A stretch of DNA of 46,007 bases, taken from NCBI GenBank assembly GCA_963827655.1, contig CAWHCF010000027.1, positions 1 through 46,007 on the forward strand, in the 5' to 3' direction. Under the pieces are notes generated by a model. It made no database searches and was not told the DNA's origin. It saw only the letters and a list, made by a program, of their open reading frames with translations. How positions within the stretch are numbered: position 1 is the first letter of the stretch; the number at the start of each line of letters is the position of its first letter. Both the position numbers and the translations under genes were made by a program. The DNA is from an uncultured Acidobacteriota bacterium. GTDB lineage: Bacteria > Acidobacteriota > UBA6911. Below are positions 10,565-19,780 of the stretch, piece by piece.

Positions 10565-11022
10565 GCCACTTCGTCTTTGGTGGAGAAGTCGGGCGATATT
10601 TCTCTGCTTCACCTGATCGATGCTGATTTCGTTTCGCGGGTGAGTGACGAAGGCTTCAGTGATCGCGAGTCTGCCACGAATCAGATTCGATAAAGGGTGA
10701 AGAGCGATCGCACGACATTGTGCAGAAGGGCGAGGATTCGGAGGGTGTGCAGGACCTATGCGCACCGCCGCTGGACGCGAGCGTTGGGCACGTGCCACGA
10801 TCGTCCGGCAGGCGCAAGAATCGCCCTGATCCTCAAAGATTTGACGCGTCCCCGAGCCCCTTGAAGTGTTACCATCGGGAGAATATGACGAGCGACTGGA
10901 TCGCAACTTGTCTCGAAGTTGCAGCGCCACGTGACGGCTCCTTTGAGGAAACCCCGGCGCGACCTTGAGTGTCTCCTCGATCGGCTGCCGCCGGATCTTG
11001 GACATGTAAAGGAGGTAAGTGC

Positions 11023-12351
11023 GTGCATTACAAAAACAGACGAGCGCTGCTGGTATGGATGTGGCTTGGTATCGCCGTCGAAGCTGGACTGGCGCAAGGA
11101 TTGGCGCCGGCGCGGCCTCAAGAAGTCGCCCTTTCGCCCGAGCGGCTCGAGCGTCTCACCGACGCGTTTCGAGGCTATGTCGAAAACGGCAAGCTGGCGG
11201 GCGCTGTGGTCCTGGTCGCGCGGCGCGGCAAGGTTGCGTACCTTCAGCCGTTCGGTTGGAGCGACAAGGAGTCTCGGACGTCGATGCGCCAGGACGGAAT
11301 CTTTCGTATCGCGTCACAAACGAAGCCGATCATCAGTGTGGCGGTGATGATGCTCCAGGAGCAGGGAGCGCTCCTGATCTCGGATCCTGTGGGCAAATAC
11401 CTTCCGGAGTTTCGCAAGACAACCGTGGCAGTGCCGAAAGATGGAAACGGCTACGAAGTAGTTCAAGCCAAGCGGCCGATTACCATCCGTGATCTCCTCA
11501 CCCATACCGCGGGCATCGGCTACGGCTCGGGCACCGCCAAGGAGCGATGGGGGGAAGCGAAGATCCAAGGATGGTACTTCGCGGACCGGGATGAACCGAT
11601 TGGTGCCACGATATCCCGCCTTGCCTCGCTCCCCTTCGACGCGCAGCCCGGAGAACGGTGGGTCTATGGCTACGCCACGGACATCCTCGGCGCTCTCGTT
11701 GAACGTATTTCCGGGGTATCGCTCGAGGAGTTTCTCCGCACACGGATTTTCCAACCGCTGGGAATGCTGGATACGCATTTCTATCTGCCGGCGGCCAAGC
11801 GAGACCGACTGGCTGCTGTCTATTCATCGACTGAGTCCGGTGCGCTGGGGCGGGCGCCCGATCCGGGCGGCATGGTGGGGCAAGGAGCGTACATGAACGG
11901 GCCGCGCAAGAGCTACTCGGGTGGTGCGGGGCTCCTCTCGACCGCGATGGACTATGCTCGTTTCCTTCAGATGATCTTGAACGGCGGGACGCTCGACGGG
12001 ACCCAGATTCTATCGCGCAAAACGGTCGAGCTGATGACCACGAATCACATCGGATCGCTTTTCCCCACTCCCGGCGTAGGTTTCGGACTCGGATTCAGCG
12101 TGGTGACGGATCTGGGGGCCCGGGGGCAGCTGGGCTCCGTCGGTGAATTCGGCTGGGGCGGAGCCTATCACTCGGCGTTCTGGGTGGACCCGCGCGAAGA
12201 TCTGGTCGTGGTCTACTTCACGCAACTCATTCCGTCCGGAGACGTGGACGACCATGGCAAGTTGCGGGCATTGGTGTATCAGGCGATCGCGGACAGCAAG
12301 CCCAAGGAGCAACCGCATGAGGCTTCACGATCGGCTCGGCCGGGCCTGTGA
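11023..12351 (+). CDS. Serine hydrolase, beta-lactamase class C family, exported
   Basis: FRIASQTK (SxxK), [21 protein letters not shown]; GTG start with GGAGG at 11011; signal-peptide-like N-terminus. Confidence 0.9.
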   Translation: MHYKNRRALLVWMWLGIAVEAGLAQGLAPARPQEVALSPERLERLTDAFRGYVENGKLAGAVVLVARRGKVAYLQPFGWSDKESRTSMRQDGIFRIASQTKPIISVAVMMLQEQGALLISDPVGKYLPEFRKTTVAVPKDGNGYEVVQAKRPITIRDLLTHTAGIGYGSGTAKERWGEAKIQGWYFADRDEPIGATISRLASLPFDAQPGERWVYGYATDILGALVERISGVSLEEFLRTRIFQPLGMLDTHFYLPAAKRDRLAAVYSSTESGALGRAPDPGGMVGQGAYMNGPRKSYSGGAGLLSTAMDYARFLQMILNGGTLDGTQILSRKTVELMTTNHIGSLFPTPGVGFGLGFSVVTDLGARGQLGSVGEFGWGGAYHSAFWVDPREDLVVVYFTQLIPSGDVDDHGKLRALVYQAIADSKPKEQPHEASRSARPGL

Positions 12352-12705
12352 TAATCCCGATTCGAACCTGAGGGCCGACAAGTGCCAGGATTCTTGCCTC
12401 ATCGGTAATTCAAGGGCCGCGCGGGTGGCAATTTCGGGTAATCTATCGTCGGCGACAGGAATAACGGAACGGCATCAGCGTCCGAAGCTTTAAACCTTCA
12501 CCCGAATGATGCCGTCGCGAGCGCGAGAGTGCTCCTCGGACTCATTACAAGATTTTGGTGAACTCGGCGGCCTGGTCATGTCTGCCGGAGTTGAAAATTC
12601 TCCTGGATATGAATGATCGTCCCGCGTCACGCCGTCAGTGGATTACACGGCTCAAATCGACGCGACTTTCCCATATTCGGCGGCCTCAAACGACGGACAA
12701 CCTGA

Positions 12706-13818
12706 ATGCTCTGTGATAGATGTTTGCGACTGAAGTTCCCTCTGTGGGTTGGCATCTTCTCCCTGTTACTGATCCACAGCCTGCGAGCCGATCAGGCTTC
12801 GATTCCGAAGGTGCGTGTCATCGGCACCGGTGGGACCATCGCGAGCAAAGGAAAAGATTCGCTGCAGCTATCGGCATACTCGATCGCTCTCTCCGCGAAG
12901 GAGATTCTGGAATCGGTTCCGGGTCTGGAGAAAATTGCGCAGGTTGAGGCCGAGCAGTTCAGCAATATCGGCAGCTTCGCAATGACGCCAGAACTGTGGC
13001 TAAAGCTCTCGCGACGTGTCACGCAAGCCCTGGGTCAGGATCGCGAGTTATCCGGAATCGTGATTTCCCACGGCACCGATACGCTTGAAGAAACCGCATT
13101 CTTCCTGCATCTGACGGTTCGAAGCGAGCGTCCGGTTGTGCTTGTGGGCGCCATGCGGCCGGCCTCGGCGCTTTCGGCCGACGGTCCGATCAACTTGCTT
13201 AACGCGGTCAGAACGGCGACTTGCCGCGATGCGCGCGGGAAAGGTGTCCTCGTCCTGCTGAACGATCAAATCTCTTCGGCGCGAGAAGCGACCAAGCAGA
13301 GTACGTACCGCGCCGACGCGTTCCAGCCTGGTGATTTTGGTTACCTGGGAACGGTGGATTCCGATCGCGTGGTTTTTTATCGAACTCCCGTGCGAAAGCA
13401 CACTCTGCGCTCCGAGTTTGATGTGGAAGGCTTGTCAGCCCTGCCCCGAGTCGATATCGTTTACTCGTACGGAGGAGCTGACGGCGTGATGATTGACGCT
13501 GTCGTGAAAGCGGGGGCTCGGGGTATTGTGGTCGCGGGAACCGGCGCCGGCGACATGACTTATGGAGAGAGTGAAGCAGTGCTACGGGCCCGGGAAGCCG
13601 GCGTTATGGTCGTGCGCGGCACCCGAGTCGGTTCCGGCCGTGTGGTAGATTCCGAACTTCCCATGCGAGATCCAAAAGTTCTCCGTCCAAGATATCGAGA
13701 GAAGGGTATAATAACTTCCGACAACTTGACGCCGCAAAAAGCCCGGGTCCTGTTAATGCTTGCCCTCACGCGTACGCAGAACCCGCAAGAGATTCAACGC
13801 ATCTTCGACGAGTATTAA
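12706..13818 (+). CDS. L-asparaginase (type II-like, exported)
   Basis: GTGGTIA, HGTDTLEET, GAMRP, DGPINL, NLTPQKAR. Confidence 0.92.
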   Translation: MLCDRCLRLKFPLWVGIFSLLLIHSLRADQASIPKVRVIGTGGTIASKGKDSLQLSAYSIALSAKEILESVPGLEKIAQVEAEQFSNIGSFAMTPELWLKLSRRVTQALGQDRELSGIVISHGTDTLEETAFFLHLTVRSERPVVLVGAMRPASALSADGPINLLNAVRTATCRDARGKGVLVLLNDQISSAREATKQSTYRADAFQPGDFGYLGTVDSDRVVFYRTPVRKHTLRSEFDVEGLSALPRVDIVYSYGGADGVMIDAVVKAGARGIVVAGTGAGDMTYGESEAVLRAREAGVMVVRGTRVGSGRVVDSELPMRDPKVLRPRYREKGIITSDNLTPQKARVLLMLALTRTQNPQEIQRIFDEY

Positions 13819-13821
13819 AAA

Positions 13822-13905
13822 GATTGACGATTGACGATTGACGATTGCACGGTTGTCGCAACGTCGAAGTCAATCGTCAATCGTCAATCGTACAATCGTC
13901 AATCG
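13822..13905. repeat. Hairpin of tandem heptamers (GATTGAC)n ... (CAATCGT)n
   Basis: GATTGACGATTGACGATTGACGATTG-spacer-GTCAATCGTCAATCGTCAATCGTACAATCGTCAATCG, read directly. Confidence 0.9.
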
Positions 13906-13907
13906 AG

Positions 13908-15251
13908 ATGGGTTTATTCGCACAACGGAAAGTCTTCACTGTATTCGAAATCACTTCGGAGATTAAGCGTTCTCTCGACCGTTTCGGTGTGGTCTGGATC
14001 CAGGGTGAAATTTCGAATTTCAAGCATCATTCGTCCGGCCACATGTACTTCACCCTTAGAGACGCTCGGGCGCAGCTCAAGGCGGCCTGCTTTCGGAGCA
14101 ACAACTGCTATTTGAAATTCCGTCCCGAAGATGGACTGGCAGTTGTGGTCCGCGGTCGACTCACCGTTTACGAGCCGCGCGGGGACTACCAGATGGTCGT
14201 GGAGTATATGGAGCCGCTCGGCCTCGGGTCGCTCCAGCTTGCTTTCGATCAACTCAAGGAGAAACTCCGAAAGGAAGGTCTCTTTGAAGAGGAACGCAAG
14301 AAACCATTGCCGCTCCTGCCTCGGAAGATTGGAATTGTGACTTCCCCAACCGGAGCGGCTATACGTGACATGCTTCGAATTCTCAAACGGCGCAACGCGT
14401 CGCTTCACGTGCTCATCTATCCCGCCCATGTGCAGGGTCCAGGCGCGGCACAGGAGATCATCCGGGGTGTGCGCTATTTTAACAGCCGGCGCGATATTGA
14501 TGTGATCATCGTGGGGCGTGGCGGGGGTTCAATCGAGGATCTCTGGGCGTTCAATGAGGAAGTCGTGGCGCGGGCTATCTTCAAGTCGGCAATCCCCGTG
14601 ATTTCGGCCGTCGGACACGAGGTCGACTTTACCATCAGCGATTTTGTTGCCGACGTGAGAGCGTCTACCCCTTCCGCAGCCGCGGAAATGGTCTCGGGGG
14701 CCCGCGGTGACCTGGCGGCTACGGTTCGGTCGCTGATGGGCCGCCTGATACAGGCGATGCGGCTGCAGATCGAACGCCGGCGTTCGAGCCTGGAGCGTGT
14801 CTCTCGAGACCGCGCGTTCGACGTCGCGCCCAACAAGATCCGTGAGTTTCAACAGAGCTTCGATGAGTCGACGCTGCGCATGACCCAGGCAATGATTCAG
14901 TTCGCATCGAAGCTGCGCCACCGGGAACATGTCCTGCGGACGCGACTGGCCAGATTAGATCTGCGTCAGGTTGTGACTCGAAGAAGACAGGCGCTCGCCG
15001 GCGCCCGGCAGCATCTCTTTCTGGAGATGCGAAGCCGGCTTCGGGGACAGAGATCTCGCCTGGGAATCGCGATCGGTCAGGTAAACGCGCTCAGTCCACT
15101 CTCAATTCTTCAGAGAGGCTATGCGATCTGCAGGAATGAAGCGGGCGCCGTTCTGAAGGATTCGGACGCCGTATCGCCTGGAGCTCGGGTGGACGTAACA
15201 CTGGCTCGCGGCGAATTGAATTGCCGCGTGGAGACGGTTCATAAGGATTGA
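13908..15251 (+). CDS. xseA: Exodeoxyribonuclease VII large subunit
   Basis: WIQGEISNF..SGHMYFTL, GIVTSPTGAAIRD, RGGGSIEDLWAFNEE, SAVGHEVDFTISD, LSPLSILQRGY. Confidence 0.97.
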   Translation: MGLFAQRKVFTVFEITSEIKRSLDRFGVVWIQGEISNFKHHSSGHMYFTLRDARAQLKAACFRSNNCYLKFRPEDGLAVVVRGRLTVYEPRGDYQMVVEYMEPLGLGSLQLAFDQLKEKLRKEGLFEEERKKPLPLLPRKIGIVTSPTGAAIRDMLRILKRRNASLHVLIYPAHVQGPGAAQEIIRGVRYFNSRRDIDVIIVGRGGGSIEDLWAFNEEVVARAIFKSAIPVISAVGHEVDFTISDFVADVRASTPSAAAEMVSGARGDLAATVRSLMGRLIQAMRLQIERRRSSLERVSRDRAFDVAPNKIREFQQSFDESTLRMTQAMIQFASKLRHREHVLRTRLARLDLRQVVTRRRQALAGARQHLFLEMRSRLRGQRSRLGIAIGQVNALSPLSILQRGYAICRNEAGAVLKDSDAVSPGARVDVTLARGELNCRVETVHKD

Positions 15252-15342
15252 CGATTGACGATTTACGATTGACGATTTAAGAATCCAGTGACTCGCGATC
15301 CTGGTCAAATCGTCAATCGTCAATCGTAAATCGTCAATCGAT
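15246..15342. repeat. Second heptamer hairpin (GATTGAC)n ... (AATCGTC)n, containing the xseA stop codon
   Basis: GATTGACGATTGACGATTTACGATTGACGATTT-28 nt-AAATCGTCAATCGTCAATCGTAAATCGTCAATCG. Confidence 0.9.
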
Positions 15343-15361
15343 TGGGGGGTGTTGTGTGGAA

Positions 15362-15619
15362 ATGAAGCTTAAGGATTTTGAATCGGCTCTGAAATCGCTG
15401 GAGGACATTGTCGCTCAATTGGAGGCCGGTGACCTGACGCTGGACAGAGCCCTCGAGCTCTTCGAGCAAGGCGTGAAGATCAGCCGCTTCTGTAACGGCA
15501 AGCTGGAGGAGGCTGAGCGCAAGGTCGAGACCCTGATAAGGAATGCGGATGGCAGCCTCGCTGAAGCTCCGTTTACTGGCGACGTTGAGGACGAAGGAAC
15601 CTTCGAGAGTGGTCAGTAA
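15362..15619 (+). CDS. xseB: Exodeoxyribonuclease VII small subunit
   Basis: DFESALKSLEDIVAQLEAGDLTLDRALELFEQGV..LEEAERKVE; alternative GTG start at 15356. Confidence 0.96.
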   Translation: MKLKDFESALKSLEDIVAQLEAGDLTLDRALELFEQGVKISRFCNGKLEEAERKVETLIRNADGSLAEAPFTGDVEDEGTFESGQ

Positions 15620-15623
15620 CCGG

Positions 15624-15716
15624 AGAAATTCGGTGACAGGCTCCAAATTGCGTAGTCACGAAAGGCCAAAAGACTGCTTTTTTGCCACGCAATTTGGTGC
15701 CTGTCACTGAATTTCT
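15624..15716. repeat. REP-like inverted repeat, 30-bp arms
   Basis: AGAAATTCGGTGACAGGCTCCAAATTGCGT / ACGCAATTTGGTGCCTGTCACTGAATTTCT (28/30 complementary). Confidence 0.85.
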
Positions 15717-15988
15717 AGACCGTTATGTCCGAGCTTATGAGAATTTTGTTCACATTAGAAGCCAGAGGAGTCAGGAGCAAGAAGTTGGTTGGCAGTGCCT
15801 GAAAAGGATAACATCACGAGATGGGGAGGTTACGGCAGACCTCAAGAAGGAAGGATGAATCTCCTGGAGGAAGTCAGCCGCCTGCTGAATGCATATGCAA
15901 AGGCGATTCTGGCTTCTGGCTTCTGACTCCTGGCTTCTATCCCGCTGCTTTCGGCGGAATATCAAGGGCGCAGCCCTTGCCTGGTTAG
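15715..15988 (+). mobile_element. MITE-like element carrying the 3' remnant of a four-helix-bundle protein gene
   Basis: Second copy near 8781-8980; 15828-15926 reads GYGRPQEGRMNLLEEVSRLLNAYAKAILASGF*; TTCTGGC/TTCTGAC heptamers; terminal hairpin CAAGGGCGCAGCCCTTG. Confidence 0.55.
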
Positions 15989-16009
15989 CGTGGCGGTGGG
16001 CCGCAGGAT

Positions 16010-16894
16010 ATGGATATTAACCGGTATCTTTCGGAAGCGAAGGCGGCCGTGGACCAGTCCCTGGACCGATTGCTCCCGGCGGAGTCTGAAGAGCCCCCCA
16101 CTATCCATCGCGCGATGCGTTACTCCGTGTTTGCCGGCGGAAAACGCCTCAGACCTGTTCTGGTCCTGGCGTCCGGAGAGAGCGCGGGCGGAAATCGTGA
16201 GACCCTGCTTCACCTCGGATCGGCCATCGAAATGATGCACACCTATTCTTTGATCCACGATGACCTCCCGGCTCTCGATAATGACGATCTGCGCCGCGGA
16301 CAGCCGACCTGCCATAGAGTTTTCGGGGAGGCGATCGCGATTCTGGCCGGGGATTCACTCATGACCCGGTGCTACCAGGTTCTGTCGGAGTTGCCCGGCA
16401 TCTCTGACTCCGAGCGCCTCACGATTGTGCGCGAAATGGCGTACGCGACTGGCACCGTGAACGGCATGATCGGAGGCCAGGTTGCTGATCTCGAATCCGA
16501 AGGGAAGAAAGTCGGCGCGGCGATGCTTGAGTATATCCACCGGTCCAAGACCGGAGCGCTTCTGGCCGTGTGCCCCCGAAGCGCGGCGCTTGCCTCAGGG
16601 GCGAGCCCGGAGAAGCTCGAGCGTCTGACGGAGTTTGGGCGAAAGATAGGCCTGGCATTTCAAATCATTGACGACATCCTGGATCTAACCGGCTCCAGCA
16701 CGGATCTGGGCAAAACGGCTGGGAAAGACGAGAGGGTCAAGAAAGCGACGTATCCAGCCCTGTACGGAGTTGAGGCGTCACGCGCAAAGGCGCGGGAACT
16801 GATTAATGCCGGCATTGAGGACCTCGGGGATTTCGGCGCCGGCGCCGACCCTCTTCGCGGGCTTGCCCGGTTCATCCTGAATCGCACGGCGTAA
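16010..16894 (+). CDS. ispA: Farnesyl/geranylgeranyl diphosphate synthase
   Basis: GGKRLRP, SLIHDDLPALDNDDLRRG, KTGAL, FQIIDDILD, GKTAGKD, KATYP. Confidence 0.95.
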   Translation: MDINRYLSEAKAAVDQSLDRLLPAESEEPPTIHRAMRYSVFAGGKRLRPVLVLASGESAGGNRETLLHLGSAIEMMHTYSLIHDDLPALDNDDLRRGQPTCHRVFGEAIAILAGDSLMTRCYQVLSELPGISDSERLTIVREMAYATGTVNGMIGGQVADLESEGKKVGAAMLEYIHRSKTGALLAVCPRSAALASGASPEKLERLTEFGRKIGLAFQIIDDILDLTGSSTDLGKTAGKDERVKKATYPALYGVEASRAKARELINAGIEDLGDFGAGADPLRGLARFILNRTA

Positions 16895-16895
16895 G

Positions 16896-16989
16896 AATCA
16901 GGGACGTCTCCCTGGTTTCCTTATTTCGTCTCCGTCGTTCTTCAATGGCAGGCCTTGCAAAACAGGGAAACCAGGGGACGTCCCTGGTT
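16896..16989. repeat. REP-like inverted repeat with self-palindromic arms
   Basis: AATCAGGGACGTCTCCCTGGTTTCC / GGAAACCAGGGGACGTCCCTGGTT. Confidence 0.85.
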
Positions 16990-16999
16990 TTTACCAATC

Positions 17000-17776
17000 A
17001 TGACGAAGCGGAGAATTGACCACCTTCTGGTCGAACGCGGGTGCGCGGAGAGTCGCCAGAAAGCGCAGGCAATAGTACTTGCCGGACAGGTGCTGGTCGA
17101 CGAGCAGAAAGTGCAGAAACCGGGTCAACTGGTTGCTTCCGGAAGCGCGATCCGAGTCATCGGGCAGCTGCCGTTTGTCAGCCGCGGAGGCGTCAAGCTT
17201 CAAGCGGCGCTCGACGGCTTTCAAATTCCGGTGGCGGGACGCTTTTGCGCCGACCTCGGCGCCTCGACCGGAGGCTTCACCGATTGCCTCCTGCAGGCCG
17301 GCGCGCGCTCGGTTCATGCATTTGATGTCGGCGCGGGACAGATTGCATGGAAACTTCGCTCGGATCCTCGCGTCGTGGTGCGCGACCGGTTCAACGTGCG
17401 CAATATTACGGCGCATGATCTTCCCTTGCAGATCTCTCTCGTGACGGCGGACCTGGCATTCATTTCTCTCGATAGAATCTTGCCGCCCCTGAGCCAGGCT
17501 CTCAGGGAGAGGACCCGCGAGTGGAAGGATCGTCCTGCCGATTTTCACGTTGATCTCGTGCTGCTGGTAAAGCCCCAGTTCGAAGTCGGGAAGGGCGAAG
17601 TGGGCAAGGGAGGGATCGTCCGCGCCCCGGAGAAGCGCTTGCAGGCCTTGGCGCGCGTGGAGTCATCGGCTACCAGCCAGGGGTACGAGGTGGTCGGCAA
17701 TATTCCATTCCCGATTTCCGGGACGAGAAGGAATCAGGAGTTTCTGTTATACCTGCGATTGTTTCCTGATCTATGA
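17000..17776 (+). CDS. tlyA: TlyA-family rRNA 2'-O-methyltransferase
   Basis: S4 domain, FVSRGGVKL, DLGASTGGFTDCLLQAGA, LVKPQFE, NQEFL. Confidence 0.93.
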   Translation: MTKRRIDHLLVERGCAESRQKAQAIVLAGQVLVDEQKVQKPGQLVASGSAIRVIGQLPFVSRGGVKLQAALDGFQIPVAGRFCADLGASTGGFTDCLLQAGARSVHAFDVGAGQIAWKLRSDPRVVVRDRFNVRNITAHDLPLQISLVTADLAFISLDRILPPLSQALRERTREWKDRPADFHVDLVLLVKPQFEVGKGEVGKGGIVRAPEKRLQALARVESSATSQGYEVVGNIPFPISGTRRNQEFLLYLRLFPDL

Positions 17777-17846
17777 TCCGAGCGCGAGTCGGCCTTACCC
17801 TCCGTCGCGGTATGCGTTTCGATAAGGCGAAGATCGCCGCTGAACT

Positions 17847-18707
17847 ATGAATCCGGTCATGAACAAGGTCGGGCTGCTTTTCAAACGACACGATCCGCGC
17901 GCCGGGAATATCCTGGCCGAGCTCATCCCCTGGCTCGAGTCGCGAGGAGTGGAGGTGATCCTTGATCAAGAATCAGCCCGGCAGTATTCACAATCGTGCC
18001 GGACGAGTTTGCCCGAGAATCTTCCGGCACACTCGGACGTGATCGCTGTCTTTGGAGGGGATGGAACGCTGCTCCACGCGGCCCGGTTGGTGGCGGGGAG
18101 CGGTATTCCGATCCTGGGAGTTAACCTTGGCTCGCTCGGTTTTCTGACTGAAGTGAAGCTGGAGGAGTTTCGCCTGGCTTTTGAGGACTTGCTTTCCGGG
18201 GACTACACCCTGGAAAACCGTATTCTGTTGGGAGTCGAGGTTTTCCGTAAAGACCGCGTTCTGGATCGCTACCTTGCCGTCAATGACGCCGTTATCAACA
18301 AGGGAGCGCTGGCAAGGATCATTGAGCTCGAGGTGACGGTCAATTCACAGCTGGTCTCGCTGATCAGAGCCGACGGCCTGATTGTTGCCACGCCGACAGG
18401 CTCAACCGCGTATTCTCTTTCCGCCGGAGGGCCAATTGTTTATCCCACACTGGCCGCCTTTATCATCAATCCCATCTGCCCACATACGTTGACCAATCGT
18501 CCGGTGGTAGTTCCGGATGATGGAACCATCGGGGTCTGCCTGGTCCACGGTTCCGATGTCATGCTGACCGTCGATGGCCAGGTGGGTATGCCGCTGGAAC
18601 AGCAGGACTGTCTCAAGCTCCAGAAGGCCGGCCCCGTCATTCGTCTGGTGCAGGTCAGGGGCAATACTTTCTTCAAGGTCTTGCGGGAAAAGCTCAAGTG
18701 GGGCTAA
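17847..18707 (+). CDS. nadK: NAD(+) kinase
   Basis: GGDGTLL, GVNLGSLGFL, AVND, DGLIVATPTGSTAYSLSAGGP, ICPHTL. Confidence 0.96.
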   Translation: MNPVMNKVGLLFKRHDPRAGNILAELIPWLESRGVEVILDQESARQYSQSCRTSLPENLPAHSDVIAVFGGDGTLLHAARLVAGSGIPILGVNLGSLGFLTEVKLEEFRLAFEDLLSGDYTLENRILLGVEVFRKDRVLDRYLAVNDAVINKGALARIIELEVTVNSQLVSLIRADGLIVATPTGSTAYSLSAGGPIVYPTLAAFIINPICPHTLTNRPVVVPDDGTIGVCLVHGSDVMLTVDGQVGMPLEQQDCLKLQKAGPVIRLVQVRGNTFFKVLREKLKWG

Positions 18708-19354
18708 GGGTTCCTGGGCATCTTTGGGTCCCGCTTCTTTGATGATCGAATCAAGTCAAGCAAAGGGAGGTTCATCTCGCGGCACATGCTATAAAAGGCG
18801 GCGATGGGAAAGCCGACAATATTGAAGTAGCACCCCTCGATACGATCCACAAACATCGCCGCGTATCCCTGAATGCCGTAAGCGCCTGCCTTGTCGCGGT
18901 AATCCGCAGTTGTGAGATACCAATCGATCTCTGATCCCGACAGTCGCCGGAAGTGCACCCGTGAGGTCACGCTGCGCGATCTCGCGCGTTCAGTCTCGCA
19001 GTCCATCAAGGAGATGCCCGAGACCACCTCATGCCACCGTCCTTCAAGGGCGCGCAACATGCTCCGCGCTTCTTCTTTTCCAGAGGGTTTGCCGAAACGT
19101 TCGCCGCCGGCCACGACGATGGTATCGGCGCCTATGATCAATCCGCGGTGGTGTCTTTTGCTGACATCTTGGACCTTGCTTCTAGCGACCCGCGCAGCGT
19201 AGCGCGCGGGCGTCTCTCCCGGAACCTGTCCGGGTTCGGGTATCCGGCTGGGATCTACCACAAAATCCAATCCTAGAGCCTCTAAGATCTCCTTGCGCCG
19301 CGGGGAAGCTGAGGCCAGGATCAGTTTGTGAACGGAGGCTTTGGATGTTGCCAT
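18704..19354 (-). CDS. maf: Maf-family nucleoside triphosphate pyrophosphatase
   Basis: LILASASPRRKEIL, IGADTIV, GKP, DKAGAYGIQG, IEGCYFNIVGFP. Confidence 0.95.
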   Translation of the reverse strand: MATSKASVHKLILASASPRRKEILEALGLDFVVDPSRIPEPGQVPGETPARYAARVARSKVQDVSKRHHRGLIIGADTIVVAGGERFGKPSGKEEARSMLRALEGRWHEVVSGISLMDCETERARSRSVTSRVHFRRLSGSEIDWYLTTADYRDKAGAYGIQGYAAMFVDRIEGCYFNIVGFPIAAFYSMCREMNLPLLDLIRSSKKRDPKMPRNP

Positions 19355-19475
19355 CGCTGCGTGTCTTCGCTATCTTAACATCAGAATCGATGGCAGCGCA
19401 CCGTTGGAGTGCGGTAGCTTGCTCCGAACCTTATGCGCATCTTGTATTGGCCCAGAACGAATGGTTACGCCCTCG

Positions 19476-19681
19476 CGCCCTGAAAGGGCGAAGGAAATTA
19501 GCCGGGGGCAAGCGGAGCGCTGCCCCCGGTCAAACAAAAGCAAAGAGATGCGCCCCGGAGGGGCGCTGGACGCTGCCCCTCAATGTTCCTGCGCCCCTTC
19601 AGGGCGCATAGGCTATACACCCCAAACCCCGGGCTACGCTTCGCTTGCCCCGGGGCTAATTTCCGTCGCCCCTCCGGGGCG
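19476..19681. repeat. Nested-palindrome REP/MITE-like element of the type seen near IS200-like/RAYT transposases
   Basis: CGCCCTGAAAGGGCG, GCGCCCCGGAGGGGCGC, GCGCCCCTTCAGGGCGC, CGCCCCTCCGGGGCG; outer arms GGAAATTAGCC../..GGCTAATTTCC. Confidence 0.75.
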
Positions 19682-19780
19682 AAATCCTGTATCAGCCTGT
19701 GCCGCTCACGCGAAATCTACAAACTCCAGGCGGCTGACGTGTCAAAGCGCCACGGCTTCTCGCTTGTTCCTGAGTCAACG

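Noticed and set aside
10570-10970. Possible universal-stress-protein remnant (ISLLHLIDADF..) or riboswitch
   Set aside because: Similarity too weak, with stops in frame; no riboswitch consensus recognised
13822-15342. Heptamer arrays as a CRISPR array
   Set aside because: Units are 7 bp, tandem and inverted, with no repeat-spacer series and no cas genes
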